From positions 1,178,001 to 1,242,000 of the forward strand of contig OZ287075.1 in assembly GCA_965645245.1 (NCBI GenBank): 64,000 nucleotides of DNA, written 5' to 3'. Source of the stretch: Massalongia carnosa (Eukaryota). Below, in pieces: positions 50,528-64,000 of the stretch (position 1 is the first letter of the stretch; each line of letters opens with the position of its first letter). The notes below the pieces were generated by a model. That model was given only the letters and a program-made list of their open reading frames with translations. It had not been told where the DNA came from and ran no database searches. A program made the position numbers and the translations under genes.

Positions 50528-52403
50528 AAATTTCTTCGGATTTGAGATGCTGTTTCTCTTATTTCGCAGCTTTTGGAATACTATGGACTTTTCTTCAAAC
50601 TAATGGAGCTTTTCAGCGAGCGCCCTGCTCTACATACTTTGCTGTGTCTATCCTGGACTAACTCTTTACGGATTCAATGGAGTTAACAACATTTTGCTTG
50701 GCTGGTTTCTTCATGACTAAAACTATCGTCGGAACTAATGTGAAGACTTCTTGCCATCATGGGATCTTCGTTAGTTTGGTCAAAGTAAAAAGATCCAGTT
50801 GTGTCTCCAAATACCAGTTTACCATGGCCAGGAAATTCTCTTACTTCAGACTCTGGACATTTCGTTTTCTGACGATATTTTTTACGCAACAATTATGCCA
50901 GGATCGTATGCTTTTGCATTAGCCATTTTGGAGGATCTTTGGTACCATTGGCTTATTGAGCTATAGCTCATTCATGTGCGGTCTTTTTCTCAATATTCTC
51001 TTTACATTGCAAAATTTTTTTTCGCGCGCCACCCTACTGGAACATCACAGGGAAACATCTATCAACAAAGGAAGGTTATCTGATTGGAGTGCTGGCTCGG
51101 GGAGGGTTTGTCTTTTCGCGCTGTACACTACATGTTGACGGTTTTTTCTGCTCGTCGGAGAAGCTCGTGGATTTGCGATGCTCTGTGAGTTCTGATACCA
51201 TCCCTGGTGGGTTCTGGTATGACTGGTTGTGAATACCTTATGGCCTGACAGCTTTTTCCTCTGAGGGATAAACTTCTGGTAGTTGGAGCCATACATTTTC
51301 TTGGCTTCATATCTACAAAAGATTGCACTCCATTATGGTCTTGAAGACATTGACACATGTATCCAAATCTGTCTACAGCGTAACCTCGATGATCATAAAA
51401 ATATTGGTGAAATTGATTGGAATTGAAGGATTTTAAGCCATAAATTTACTTCATTTTTGATATTTCTATCCTTCTATCCTCTGCCAGGGTCATTCCGATA
51501 AGCCTACTTGATATTAAATTTACCCATTCTCAATCTCAACCCCAATTTATTGGGTTGTCGAGACTTTCGGATCAGGCGCTGTTCTAGGTTGCTCCACTTG
51601 CAACTGATGGCGATTTTGTTGAGGCTTACGCTGTGGCATTAATAAATTCTTAGCCATAAAACTTCTTTGTACAAGTCATTGAATTACCGCTATTTTTGCT
51701 TGGCTAGAATATCATGTACTGCAAGTTCACAAAAATAAATTTAGCATTCGATGTCTGTTCTCCGACTTGTCCTGATTATAACTATGCAGTACCAGTGCGA
51801 TGCGGATTAAACTGTTGTCATTGAGTGATATATCGTCTCTGCTCGTTTAATCGTCATATTATATCTCACGCATAGCTCTGTAGACAGTAACACTGACTGG
51901 GTACTACACTGGAGAGTTCATCATAAATCTTGAGAGTGAATGCGTCCAAGATTGTCAAGGATTCATTCCATAATCATATGATCGTAGATGCTGTGGATTT
52001 TGGCAATACACATGATAGGGAGTATCGCCTCTTGATAGCGATCTATCACGAGGCACCAAAACATGGATTTAGAGTACCATATTTTAAGCATCGCTCTAGC
52101 CCATCACTCCTGCGTATCTAGCTGATTCATTGATGCATGCCATTTTACGGGTCTACATAGTAGTGCTCCTGAAATCCTCTCTTTCCCCCTGCGTAGTCCC
52201 CGCCTACTACCTGCGTACACGACTAAACTCAGCAAATTTTTCCATACCCTATTGGAGCGAGGCTGTGACCTCTGAAAAACGGCTTAACCCAACTTCATGA
52301 CACCTGGCAAGCATCAAGATTAGTGACATATTACATCACTACAGAAATCTTCCGCACAAAACCGCTCAGCTCATTTCTGTCTACTTCAGATCAGTCAACA
52401 ACG

Positions 52404-54777
52404 ATGTCGCGGCGCGGTTACGAAGAGATCGATATCCGAGAACGTCGACGTACCTCCGATCGCGAACCAGATTTCTTGCGTGAAGACTATGGTCGTAGTT
52501 CTGCAGGCCCGCTGGTGCTGCGGGATGATAGGAGCGAAAGCATCGAATTTCGCTCCAGGGAACGGGCCCGAGATCGACCCAGAGAGAGGGAGACGATTGA
52601 TAGGGAGGAAATAATCGTCTCGAGGGGCCCACGGGAACGGGAAAGACCAAGAGAACGAGATTACAAACGAGAGGAAATAACATACCGATCCCGAGATAAG
52701 CCTGTCAAGCGAGAAGTAGAAAGAGAAGAGATCATCTACAGGCAAAGGGAGAATGACAGGCCACCACCACAGCAGATCGCTCGCGAAAGGGAAGAGTACG
52801 TCTTCCGCGCCCGACCCAGAGAACCCAGCTACGAGAGGGAGGAAATAACCATCAGGGAGAGGGAGAAAGAGAGAGAGAGGCCAAGGGAGCGCGATTACAA
52901 GGAGGAGGAAATTGTTATCGGGAGGGACGAGCGAGAAAGAGAGCGGCCTAGAGAGAGGGGCTACAGGGAGGAAGAAATTATCATACGGCGAGATGAACGG
53001 GAGAGGGAGAGGCCTCGGGAGAAGGACTACAAGGATGAAGAAATCGCTATTCGACGCGACGAACGCGCAAGGGAGCGACCCTGGGAAAAGGATTATACGG
53101 AGGAGGAAATCATAATACGAAGAGACGAAAAAGAGAAGAAGCCACGTCCGAAAGAGCGGGATCGCGGATCTGAAAAGGACGAGATTATCATCCGCAGGGG
53201 CGCGCGGGACCGTGATGGTTTGAGGCCTCGAGCGGCAAGTTATGAAAGGGAATCGATCTCGATCCGAAGCGAGGAGAGAGAGAGACCCCGTGCGAGATCC
53301 AGGGATTATCGGGAAGAGGACATTACCATACGAAGGAGTGAGCGGGAAAAGGGATCGAGAGATTTTCGCGAAGAGGAAATCACTATTCGAAAGGATGAAA
53401 GGGAAAGGGAACGGCCTCGGGAGAGATCATGGGGGCGGAGTCGACGAGGAAGTGAGGAGGATATAGTCATTCGCCATGATGACAACAACGGACGGCATAA
53501 AGACGAGGTCATTATTCGGCGGAATGAGAGAGAACCTTCGCCAGAGTACGTCCCGCCACCCGAACCTGAGCCAATCCGAGCTCCCCCGATCCATCAAGAA
53601 ATCATTACCCATCACCGGCATATCGATCATGGTAAGCCTTGATGGAATTATTTTCCTTCATCATGTAACTAACCAGTAATTAGGCTTTGAACGAGCTCCA
53701 GCTCCAGCCCAAGCTCCAACCCCAGCTCCCGCCCAAGCCCCCCAAAAGCCAAAATCTCCCTCGCCAAAGAGCAGCTTTGAAGAGATTGAAATCCGACGCC
53801 GGTAAGCATGTTCTGATCGTTGTTGTGTGATTCATTCCCATATTAATCTGTCGTTCATCAGTGGTTCACGCAACGGCCGCCACTACGACGAAGACATCCT
53901 TATCGAGCGAGATACGGGAAACAGTGGCCGACGCCGCAACCAAGACGAGCGCGTTTCGCGTCCGCGACGTTCTCCTAGTCCTGCCCCTCGCAGCGCCTAT
54001 AACACGCGTGATGAACTCGACATCGCCGAGGAAGCAGAGTACTACAACCAACGTATGAGCGAACGCAGCTACATTGGCGAAGCCTTCAATGGTGCGACCA
54101 AAGACTGGGCCATTGTAGACGTCCCTCCGGGAACCAAGCGGGTGCAGCTTGAGGGTATTGGGGGCGCAGCACAGGAAGTTACGTGGTCGCGGTATAACGG
54201 GGTGCGGCGAAGCAAATTCATTGCTGATGACGACGTCTACATTGGAGAAGTGGCGCCTCGGCACGAGCATCTTCCCGCTCCTCCGCCCGAGGACACACGG
54301 GACCGCGGTCGACGGTTTGTGGCGCAGAAGCCGCGCGCGGACGTCATGTGGACAGAGATCACAAAGGACTTGGTGGTCAAGGAGGCGATTGAGCAAATGG
54401 GTTACGATTTCGAGGAAACGGAGTTTTTCTACTACGTCATGAGTTATTTACGATATGTAAGTCTCACCCCCTCCTATCCTCCCACCCCCGCCTCCAGCCA
54501 AACTCCCTCTCTTCCTTCCCTCTGTCCCTCCACAACACCAAGCAATCTCTAACGCCTCTATTCCAACATACAGGAAGACGTCCTCCATCTCGTCGAGCTG
54601 ACCGAAGCCTACAAGCGCGACCGACGCGACCGGATCCGCGAGATCGAATACGAGCGCCGTGAGCGCCCGCGCAAATCCCAGCTTACGCTTGGCTGGGACG
54701 AGGAGAAGATTTACGAACGCGAGGTGGTTTACGAGGGCCCCCCCAGGGGCGGAGGGGGAGGAGGTAGATATCGATAG
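52404..54777 (+). CDS. Conserved fungal Arg/Glu-repeat protein (multi-exon)
   Basis: Repeats of EEEIIIRRDERERERPRE, PPIHQEIITHHRHIDHG, KDWAIVDVPPGT and MWTEITKDLVVKEAI...FFYYVMSYLRY/EDV; three introns. Confidence 0.8.
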
Positions 54778-55831
54778 ATGGCGGTTTGACCGGTCGGCAC
54801 AAGGGGAAGTAGGAAAAGAATTACTTGAGCGGGAACGTCAGCGAACTAAGCATGACCATCGATGGCTTTTGGGGGGGGGGTTGGAAGGATCACAACACCT
54901 CTCCTAAAACCCCCCCTCCCTCTCTCTCTCTCGGTTTCTTTCCTTCTTTTTCAGTTCTCTCGGTTTGTTTTTTTTTTAGGTCTCGAGGGGTGGGTGGTAC
55001 ACATGAGTTTCTTTACGACATGAACGATGGATGCTTTGAAAGGGGGGAGGGGGAAGTGAGCTAGGGAGACAGACAGGCTTTCTTTCCTTACGTGCAGCAT
55101 TAACGAATGAACGATCCGAAACCGACCGACCAAACAAATAAACAAATGCATATGCTATCCATCTATCTGGCCCTTTCTCTCCTCCTCTTTCACTGCTTTC
55201 TTCCCTCCCCCTGTCCTTCCCTATCTACAGCCCTCTTGCTCCACTCCCACCTCCACGCACGCCTTTTCTCGTGGGCTGATCTGCTCTGATCTGACCCTGA
55301 CTGAAACCGATCCGCTTTCCGCTTCCGAACTCCCTAGGTTAAATCGGTTGGGCTCGTCTCTAAGCCGGAGCGAGCTCGCTTGCTTGCTTGATATTAACGT
55401 CGTTACAGTCCGAGACTTATTTCTCGGGGGGGGTTTTGATTCGCTCAATATGTAAATCCCCTTCTTCTTTCGAGGAAAGGGGGAAGGGGAGCGGGATGGA
55501 GGGAGGGGGTTGGGGGACGATGGCTGATTTTTTTGGTTTTTTTTTTGGGTTGGTCTTTGCAAAAGTTATAGGTAGAAAGAAGGATAAAGAGAGGATGGGA
55601 TGGTTGCGGCGAAATTTGACAGATAGATCATTTTCACGGCGAATGATGAAAAAAGTTATATTTACTCCTCCTTCACTTCCCCTCCTCCCACAACTCCACT
55701 CACACCAATCGCACCACCCCAAATCCTAAAAACTCCCAGAGTACCGCCCACCCATCCAGAAAACTCACCCTCCCAAAAGCACAGGAATGTCCCATGATGT
55801 GCCAAACCTCGAATCCTCACGTCACTCACAA

Positions 55832-58800
55832 TCATTTCTCAAACCCAGCCACCTTCCTCACTGTTCCCCCCTCTACAGCACTTTGCTGACCTGTTTCTTC
55901 ATCCAGACCAATAACTTGCCTTGCCTTTCCACCCAAACTGCCGTCACTACCACCACCACTACCGCTGCCAACCACCGCCTCCGCCCCCTCCAGCAAATCA
56001 CGATCCGCATCCCTAACGCTCCTCCTCTCCGCATCCCCCCCGTACGCACCCCCTTCTTCATCCTCATCCTCCCCACCGCCAATGCTAGTGCCACTCCTTC
56101 CTATTGTAGCCCCGCGTTCAAGCTCTCGGGACGCCTCGTCTACACGCTTCCTTACCTCGGCTGCGACCCGCATCCCGTCGCTGACGATGTTATCCAGCAC
56201 GCCCCTTAGCCCCTTGGCCGGTGGCACCAAACTTCCTCCCACGCGAGAAGTTACCATAGTAGGCGGTAGTACGGAAGATGTACGAGAGGGAGAATGGAGG
56301 GTGTCGAAGGTGGTGAGCGGGGTGGAAGGGTGAAAAGGGGCGGGGGACAGGTGAAAGGACGACGGAAAGGCAGACTCAAAAAATTGCTGCAAGAGCTCGT
56401 CGGCGAGAATGACCATGCGGAATGTGGGGAGCGTAATATGCAGGGGATTGGCGGGATCGAGGGCTAGGTTGGCGGAGGCGGGGGTCTGGGCCAGCCGAGG
56501 CACTTTCTGCAGCGAGAGGGCCGTGGCTTCAAGAGAGCAGGTCCTGGGGGATGAGGCTTTTAGGTCCAGGAGACTTTCTTCTTCAAAGTCCTTTTCGTCG
56601 TCATCGTCATCGCCGACGCTGAAGCTTTCTAGACCCGGGATTAGCGGGGAGGGCGGGGATGCAGAGGTGTTGCCAGTTTGGTTTTGAGGATGATCGGGAT
56701 CGGCGTACTCGAAGCAACGGCGGATGAAGGCGCTAACGCTGCCCAGGAACCTTTCATCTGCATTGGTGTGGTTTCTGGTGTCCGGTCCGTCTTCCTGGTT
56801 GAGATCGGTTGACGAAACGGCAGGTGTACAGCTACCTCCAAATCCTCTGCGGGTCAAAAACAACAACGCCTCCGAAATTCGCAAGATCCCTTCCCGGTCT
56901 ACCTTCCCGTCCTGATCGTCGTCGTAAAGCTCGAAAAAGTAGCTGATGCTAGTCATGATGTCTCGGGTCCCCTTGACATAGGCTAGACCAGAGACGACGT
57001 TCTGGAGGCTCAATCCGTCCTTGTCGTCGACATTCCATCGGCCGTACAGACGTTGCATGAAGTCATGATCGGCAGGCTCCGCGTTGCCTGCTCCCCAGGG
57101 TGAGAGCGAGAAACTATGAGATCGTGGGCTGCTGCCTGAGAATATGCTATTTTCTTTCTCCAACATTGACTGTCCATACGAAACGGTTGGGGCGTCAGTG
57201 ATTGCCCATTGAGTGATACCAGCTAGAAACTCTCGAAAACCATCGTAATTCATAAGGCTTGGACTGGGTCCCATTCCGACACGACCGACTTCAATGCTGC
57301 CATTACCAGCAGCACCCGAGTTGGCTTCCATTGTCTGCGTTCTGCTTGTTTTGAACCGTTTCATAGATTCTTCCCGCATAAGCTGCATCCGTTGTTCTCG
57401 CTCGTATAAGATGCCAAAGAATCGGTCATATAGAAAGCCCAGATCATCTAAGCTTAAACGCTTGCTATCAGGACCTAGGTTTCTAATCGATGTTCTCTTA
57501 GCAAAGCTCTCGATATTATTCAAGACAGCGTCCTTATGCTTATCTCGCTGTTCCGATATGGTGCTCTGGGTGATCCCAGCAAATTCTTTGAAAGCTACCA
57601 CCATCAACTCTTGAAATTTGGTCACTGAACGGTACTTTTCATTCTCCGAGCTAGGATGGGCGGACTCATCTAGTCGCGAAAAGTAGGTCTTAAGTATTGA
57701 AATAAATGAACCATCATCCACCACATCCAAAAGATCCTCTCCGTTTATCCTTAGAATAGCCAGGCCGACTTGGAAAAGTACTTTAGGCCCTTCGAGAAAA
57801 AATACATCAAGGACTCGAAATGCGAATATCAAAGGCATGGAATTGATAAACAGCGAAAGGAACCAAGGTAGCGACACGACAGATAGTTGGACATCTGACT
57901 TGACGAGATGATCCCAAAGTATAGGCATCGTTTTCTCGACCAAAGACTCGAACACTCGTTGATCCAGCAGTGTGCCATACATGGTGGTAGAGTAATATCC
58001 AGGCAGAAGCCGATCGCATAAGACTGATAAAAGAAAGAAAGCTTGCGATTCAGACATATATCTAAACCCATTAGCTTATAAGCTCCCTGTCTCAGGGAAT
58101 CCATACATTAGCAGCGCGGCGACAACAATATTCATTGCTTGACAGTAGCCCACTTCTTCGTTGACCCAGCTGTAGGCCGTCAAGACGCGTCTCAGCCGAC
58201 CTATTCCCTCTTCATTTTGAAAACCAGGGTACTCTGGTAGGCTTCGATTGAGATCCTTCTCAATCTCATCGATCGCCAAAGACTCACGGCCCGAGAATTT
58301 AGCTAGGGTATCTGTGAAAAGCTTTGGCTTTTGTAGCCGAATATATAGCGAGCCCGACGTAAGTTCCCAGATCTCGCCTCGCAGTCGGTTAGGAAGGCCA
58401 ACTCGTATAAGCTTGTGAAAGTTCGGCTGGCGAATTAGAGTGGCATTACGGCCATTCTCTACAGAGGGTTTCAGCCACGATCATCTATGCCATGGCGATT
58501 GACCGACCTCTAAGGTATTCACCCCATAACCTCATCTTGCTACGGTCCCGTAGTTTTTTAGCGTCTCCAGGATATCTAAAGAGCATACCAAGACCTGCGT
58601 CTGGCGGGCTCCTTGCCTCTTTGATCTCCTTCGTGTCGTCTCTTCCTGCTTTGTCCCTTCCAGATAGCAGATGCTCTGAATAACATCCTGCAACGACCGC
58701 CTTCAGATTCTCGAGCTCCTTGACCCCGTCCCTTAACCCTTTTCTCAATCCATCGCAGAATCTTTCAGAAGCGGCCCTGCTACCAGCGAGCTGAACCGTG

Positions 58801-59330
58801 AATCGCTGTACATCACTTGGATTTCCCGGCTGACCTGACAAAGCGGTGAAGTTGTTCCAAGTTGTAATCGCCAATGAATGTAGACTATTCTGTTTGGTAT
58901 GAAGTCGCTCAACTCGCCTGACAGCACAGAGTGGCAATGTGAACCCATTACCGGCAGGGCCAGCGCCGTGAGCATAACCAAATTGGTTGCTGGAGGGCTG
59001 AATACTGACGCTCGGTTGGAAGCTGGTCGCTTGCGTTGAGAAGCACAAGAAGCTCTCACTCAGATACAGTTTTCCCACGTAAACATTCCCTCCACCAAAG
59101 ACCTTACCAGTATCACTACCGGCCTGAGACAATGAGCGGGAAGAGTGAAACGGAGGGAGCGATAGTTCGGCGGTGATCTCGTCGGAGGGGCTTTGGGAAT
59201 CTGGTAGACGAAATTGGAGGCGAAACTGCGCCGCTCTTGAGGGGTTTTTATCAGATGTTCTCGAGTGCTGGGAAGGGGATGGATCGATCAGGGACTGTGC
59301 TCTTTGTACAAGAGAATTGAAGCTGAACAT
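55832..59330 (-). CDS. GYP2: TBC-domain Rab GAP with GRAM-like and EF-hand regions, Gyp2/Mdr1-like
   Basis: Motifs IEKDLNRSLP, VGYCQAMNIV, DRLLPGYYS and SLPWFLSLF; EF-hand ELYDDDQDGKVDRE; two introns (~58506-58459, ~58106-58062). Confidence 0.88.
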
Positions 59331-59823
59331 GCTGTGCCATGCAGCAACGAAGGTGCAAAGGCTTACCGGTATACCTGCACAAATTGTCAACACGAGAGTA
59401 TGGAGAAGACAGTATTATTTTTTAATAAGCTGCCTTTCATACCTCGAATGCACCGTTTTAATTGAACGGTACAGTGGGAGCAAGAAGGCTCTCACCTTGA
59501 TAGTAAAGAACATGTGTGTCACCTGGGCGAGCGGCTGAACCTCGGGCCACTACTCTTCTACGCTAGCACGCTAGTCGCATAGTGTTAGTAAGCAAGAACA
59601 TCAAAATTTGTTTACTTTCTACCTCAAAACATCACCATTATTATCATTAGAAAATAAATCTCCTTACCATCAATTGCTTCAAACTGTTGAATTGCACTGC
59701 CCTCGTTCTGGAAGTTTCTATGCTTAGTCAGCTGAATGTATATTAGCCGCTCTTCTCCCTCTATAGAACAATCAACCGTCTCAAGTTTCAACACAAACAT
59801 CATATTATATTTTATTCAGTGTC

Positions 59824-61813
59824 ATGGGACTGAATGAAGAAGAAATTCCGAGTGTTTCAGACAAATCCCCTGTTTCAGCAAAGCAACATAAGATAAATAG
59901 CAAACGCACTGTTAAAAGCATCTTGGCTGACATTCCTCCTCCTCTTTCGAGTTACAAACCCATTTCAATTGATGATAGACCTCCAAGATCGCTGGTGAAT
60001 GGTCTTGTTGATACTCCTCTTGGATTTTTTCAGCTCTTTATTACGACTCAGCTCTGTCGGACCATCGCATATCACACGAACATCAAGGCTCACGATCATA
60101 CAAAGAAAGAAAAGAAGAATAATCATCGCCCATGGTATGACACCATTGGACCAGAAATTGAGGTTTTTTTGGGCATTCTTTTGTTTTTGGGTATGAATCA
60201 TGCGCCTGCCACGGAAGATTACTGGAATCAATGCCCAGACAAGCCCATTTTCCTATCTATTCACAAGCCATGTCCCTCGTACGATTTCAACAAATCAAGA
60301 GATTCTTAAAGCTTAATAATGGACGTACAGAACCTCCGCGCATGGGCAAAGGAGTCGATTGGTGGAAGAAGTTGGAACCTCTTGCTACTGGTTTTCGTCA
60401 GGCCTCGTTGAAGTACTATCAACCAGGAAGCATCATATCAACTGATCAGCAGCTTATTAAATTCGAAGGTCGATCACGTCATACTCTACAAATAACCTCA
60501 AAGCAGGCTGGAAAGGGGTTTAAAATATATAGTCTTTGTCAGAATAACTACTTGATCTCTATTTTGTTTGCCTCCAAAGTTAGTGTCTTTCTAAAAAATT
60601 AAATCTCATTTTCCCTTTTTGATCTCTGAATCGTGATCTCTTTCGGACAAAATTCCATGAAACCTTGTGTTTTTGCTGTAAAAACCCTCTGTTTTCTGTC
60701 GCTTTTCCCAACATAAACTGCAATGATTAACACGTATCAGGTCACAAAAATCAGTCAGTTAAAAACCGCTAGACAACTGGGCTTTTTAGCAAAGGATGAC
60801 CTTTCGGATAGTGCTTTGCTGGTAATTCAGCTTTGTAAAACGCTTCCTGAACCACTGAATTACACTCTTTTCTGCGACAACTTCTTTACCAGCACAAAGC
60901 TATTCAAAGCTCTTCGATCACTAGGAATTGCTGCATGTGGAACAGCTAAAAAAGGCTCTGGATTTCCCGCGAAGTTGTTGGCTCTGCGGGATGTGGCCAT
61001 TAAATCCAAACATTGGGGACTTCGGGCCAGTACGACTGTGGATGAGGTGCTCTGTTTGGGATGGGTGGACAATAACACCGTTCAGTTGATGACTACTCGT
61101 CATCATCCTCGGGAGCTTGATGACTCGTACTATTTACATCCGCTTAAAAGGCATGGAATTCCAGAAGACTCCATTCAGCCAATCATACCCATACCATACT
61201 ATCCCTCAATGTACGCTCACATCATTTTGCTGCCTGATCAAACACTTTCATGGCCTTTAGGCCTACCGATTCCCGCACCAGTCAGAGAATATAATCTTCA
61301 CATGGGTGGGTCAGATGGAAATGCTCAGCAGAGAGCGGTTTATTCTTATCAACGCCGAAGCTATCGATATTGGTGGCCACTGTTAATTTTTTTGTTAGAT
61401 GCTGCTGCGCTCAATGCATACAAGCTTTATCTAATTGATGACTTCAGAACAGAAGGAAAAGAACTCACTCGTACGGATTTACTCATCATCTAGCCCTCAG
61501 TCTGATGAAGAATCCCGCTGGACAAACCCGACGACATGAGTCAAAGATAAGGATTCAGACCAACTCTAAGCCTTTGGTTTCTACCCCCGAGCACCATTGT
61601 ATTCATCTGGAGAAGAAGCGGAAATGCGAGCCCTGCAATGTCAATAAAACAAGGCCCTCCAACAGAAAAGGGGAGCCTTTGGCTGAAAGAGACGCTAATG
61701 GCAGGAAAAGAAAGCAGCGAGGTTCTCAAACAAGATGGGCGTGTGGAGGATGTCATCCAATCAGACCTTGTTGTAAAAATCAGGCCTGCTGGGCGGCAAT
61801 ACATTTGAACTGA
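59824..61813 (+). mobile_element. piggyBac-like transposase gene, intron-containing and frameshifted
   Basis: Motifs MSLVRFQQIKRFL, STDQQLIKFEGRS...KGFKIY, LFCDNFFTS, WVDNNTV and YNLHMGGSD; C-terminal Cys-rich domain; GT-AG intron 60579-60740; shifts at ~60258 and ~61485. Paired TIRs not found. Confidence 0.85.
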
Positions 61814-62089
61814 AAGAAGTAGATGGAGTTCAGGTAGATAGTAATTGATTGGGCAATTCTTAAAAAGGGTCAGAAAGGGGTAGCAAGCCGCTTATTTGAT
61901 TGGTAGATATTTAAGGTTTCGGGAGCTCTAAACCATCTATAGCTAGTGCGGGAGGGGGGTGCCAATTCACCAGCGAGAGCGATACCGATCCCCAACGTCC
62001 CATTTATCTACCCCTAGACTCGAAAATTCACTAGAACGTATGAAAGAATATGTAATAAAAGCTAGTCTTGCGAGGTAAAAAGCAACTTG

Positions 62090-62140
62090 GAATGGGGGTG
62101 TCAAGGTAGTGAAAAGGGGTGTCCCGGTATTAGTTCCCTT
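62090..62140. repeat. 51-bp dispersed repeat, copy 2 (copy 1 at 2254-2304)
   Basis: 50 of 51 bases identical to copy 1, same orientation. Confidence 0.95.
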
Positions 62141-62748
62141 TTTATATCAGTCTTTTCTATTACTGTTAGTTTGGATGGTGTCGCAACTGACATCGTGCCC
62201 TTTCTGTCGCGTATGCTTGAGTTCTCGCTTCATTTTCTTTTTCACCCAGTTACTCTCACAGCTATGCAAACCCGATCGCCTTCCTCTTTCACACTGCTCG
62301 TTTCTAAACTCACTGAGTACCACCGGCTCTGTCACCGTTTTCATTGGGTATCCGCCTTACAGGGATTTTAATCCCTCCATTTCGAAGGCATTCTAGAGGC
62401 CCCGGATAGGCGCGCGGGGGAGATCACCATCAAAGCTGGCAAGACGGAGCTCCTCGAAGCTTGGGCTGTGCACATAGTGAGTTAATACCGTGAACACGTG
62501 ACTGGGAATAAAACTAAAATAGTCTCCGGACCACTCACTTCCTCTCATTGTACAACAGCCTTATTAAAAGCTTGGAGCGAGCCTCGCATGTGGATATATG
62601 TGTTATATACACCCCGAACTTAGGATTGGCGATTACCGTTTTCGCTCGGGGAAAGGAGCATGGCCGCTTTAGAGGGAGCAGCAACGAGGGAGCAAAGGGG
62701 ATTATCGAGGGAGCTTTTTCTGACTCCTTATATGTTGGCTATGATTCC

Positions 62749-63900
62749 CTAACTTTGCAGATTGCTATTCAACAATGATAGCTCAATGATGTTCATACTG
62801 TCATCATCGTCGTCGTCATCGCATAGCTCCGGCAAATTAAACCTCTTACCGCCGTAATCGAAGCTCTTGATTGCCTTGGGGTCGCGAAACGTACTTAGGC
62901 TCACGGCCCGCCTTTCTTTGTCTTTGATGGGGGTAGTGCATGGTGATGAAAGAATCGCCGACTGTATGACAAGACGTAAGTATGAGACAATCCTTGAGCC
63001 GTCGCCACCGTTCCAATCTAGCTTGCGGCTACGTGTGAGCTAATAAATCCCTTTAGCAAACTACTACCCGATAGGAAGATGGTTCAAGTACTCACCTCGC
63101 ATGAGTTATCTAGATGCCAAAACTGAAACTCGTTGCCGTCTGTGCTTAGCCCATACACAAGTTTGTTCTGCTTGCCTTGGCTCTCTCTTGTCCAGTGCAC
63201 AATACCTGTACGTGAGTCAATAACAATCCAGTGACATAAGCCGAAGAAAACATGATAAACTACTTGCCCATATATTCTACGAGTCGACCATCCGCCATGG
63301 AAAGCATACCTTCTCTTTTCGCCTCAATAATATTCAAATTTGTCCCCATCGGTTCGTCTTTGTCATACCAGAGCGAATAGTCTGCAATGCCCTGAAGGAC
63401 GCGCTTTTCATTTTTATAAGTCACAAGGCGGTCGAACTTGGTTTCGAGCTTCAGAAAAAGAGGAGCTGGATTTGAAGACCGTATTGTAGGACGGGCAAGT
63501 AATTGCGTTGACGGCGCCGCGTTGGGTCAATTATACATCTGAAGAGCAAGTCGCTTCTCTTCACCAATACAGACTATGAGAATATCACTAATCTGTGACC
63601 TCGCGAGAGCTTCATTTGCCAAAAATCCTTCTGTGACAAACAGATACTCGTTCTTGATAGCGACTTCAGAAAATTAGTATTAACCAGATCAACACAGGAG
63701 ATAATACCTAGCAGGGCAGGCATTTCGCACAGTTCGTTATCCGCCAGCGACCACGCATCAAGGAGCTGGTTATATCTCAAGTCACATATCTTGATGGCAA
63801 CTTTCAAATCAAGGCTACTGCTTGGAAGCTTTGTTTATATCAGCCAACGACATACGGGATGATAATGGTCAAACCCCATAACAAGCTTACTGATGTCGGC
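62749..63900 (-). pseudogene. Disrupted multi-exon gene, possibly PD-(D/E)xK nuclease-like
   Basis: Fragments GIADYSLWY...IIEAKR and VYGLSTDGNEFQF separated by introns and stops; boundaries approximate. Confidence 0.45.
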
Positions 63901-64000
63901 AGCTGCTTCAGTTCATCAAGCGTAGCGTCAAGATCCTACCTTAGTGTGTCACCTAGCTTAGGTAGGATATGCTATTCAAGCCAATCAAATGGGACAGCCT

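Noticed and set aside
52560..53540. CRISPR-like or satellite array
   Set aside because: The repeats are degenerate in-frame coding repeats of an R/E-rich protein, with no constant repeat plus unique spacer pattern.
15075..59330. Functional cluster of trafficking genes (two TBC GAPs plus a 5-phosphatase)
   Set aside because: The genes belong to different subfamilies, lie tens of kb apart and are separated by unrelated genes; nothing in the sequence indicates co-regulation.
2254..62140. A 60-kb mobile island bounded by the 51-bp direct repeats
   Set aside because: The interior holds ordinary housekeeping genes (polymerase eta, two TBC GAPs, Inp54-like) and there is no recombinase at either boundary; two dispersed copies is the simpler explanation.

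Overview
Eukaryotic DNA from a filamentous ascomycete (Pezizomycotina). This is inferred from short GT-AG introns with CTRAC-type branch sites and from the gene families present. A core of ordinary genes is interleaved with many transposons and decayed genes. The core genes are an acyltransferase-3, a Msb3/Gyp3-like and a Gyp2/Mdr1-like TBC Rab-GAP, a CFEM GPI protein, a DUF1752-type protein, an Inp54-like 5-phosphatase, a GST, a B-type lectin, DNA polymerase eta, an RfeG-like protein and an R/E-repeat protein. Mobile DNA comprises three Tc1/IS630-like elements, an almost intact Fot1/pogo element nested in the left TIR of one of them, an internally deleted Fot1 element, a 5'-truncated Tad-like LINE with a 15-bp TSD, an intron-containing piggyBac-like transposase, and a ~1.9-kb tyrosine-recombinase (DIRS/Ngaro-type) element. 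The two most unusual observations are: (i) the YR element has no RT/RNase H but carries one intact Gag-N-terminus/YR fusion ORF whose junction looks like a splice junction, so it is a candidate retro-copy of a spliced subgenomic RNA; (ii) the Tc1-like elements (two with DD38E spacing) end in CAC...GTG and are not flanked by the canonical TA duplication as assembled. All family assignments come from motif recognition by eye. No searches were run, and some boundaries are approximate.
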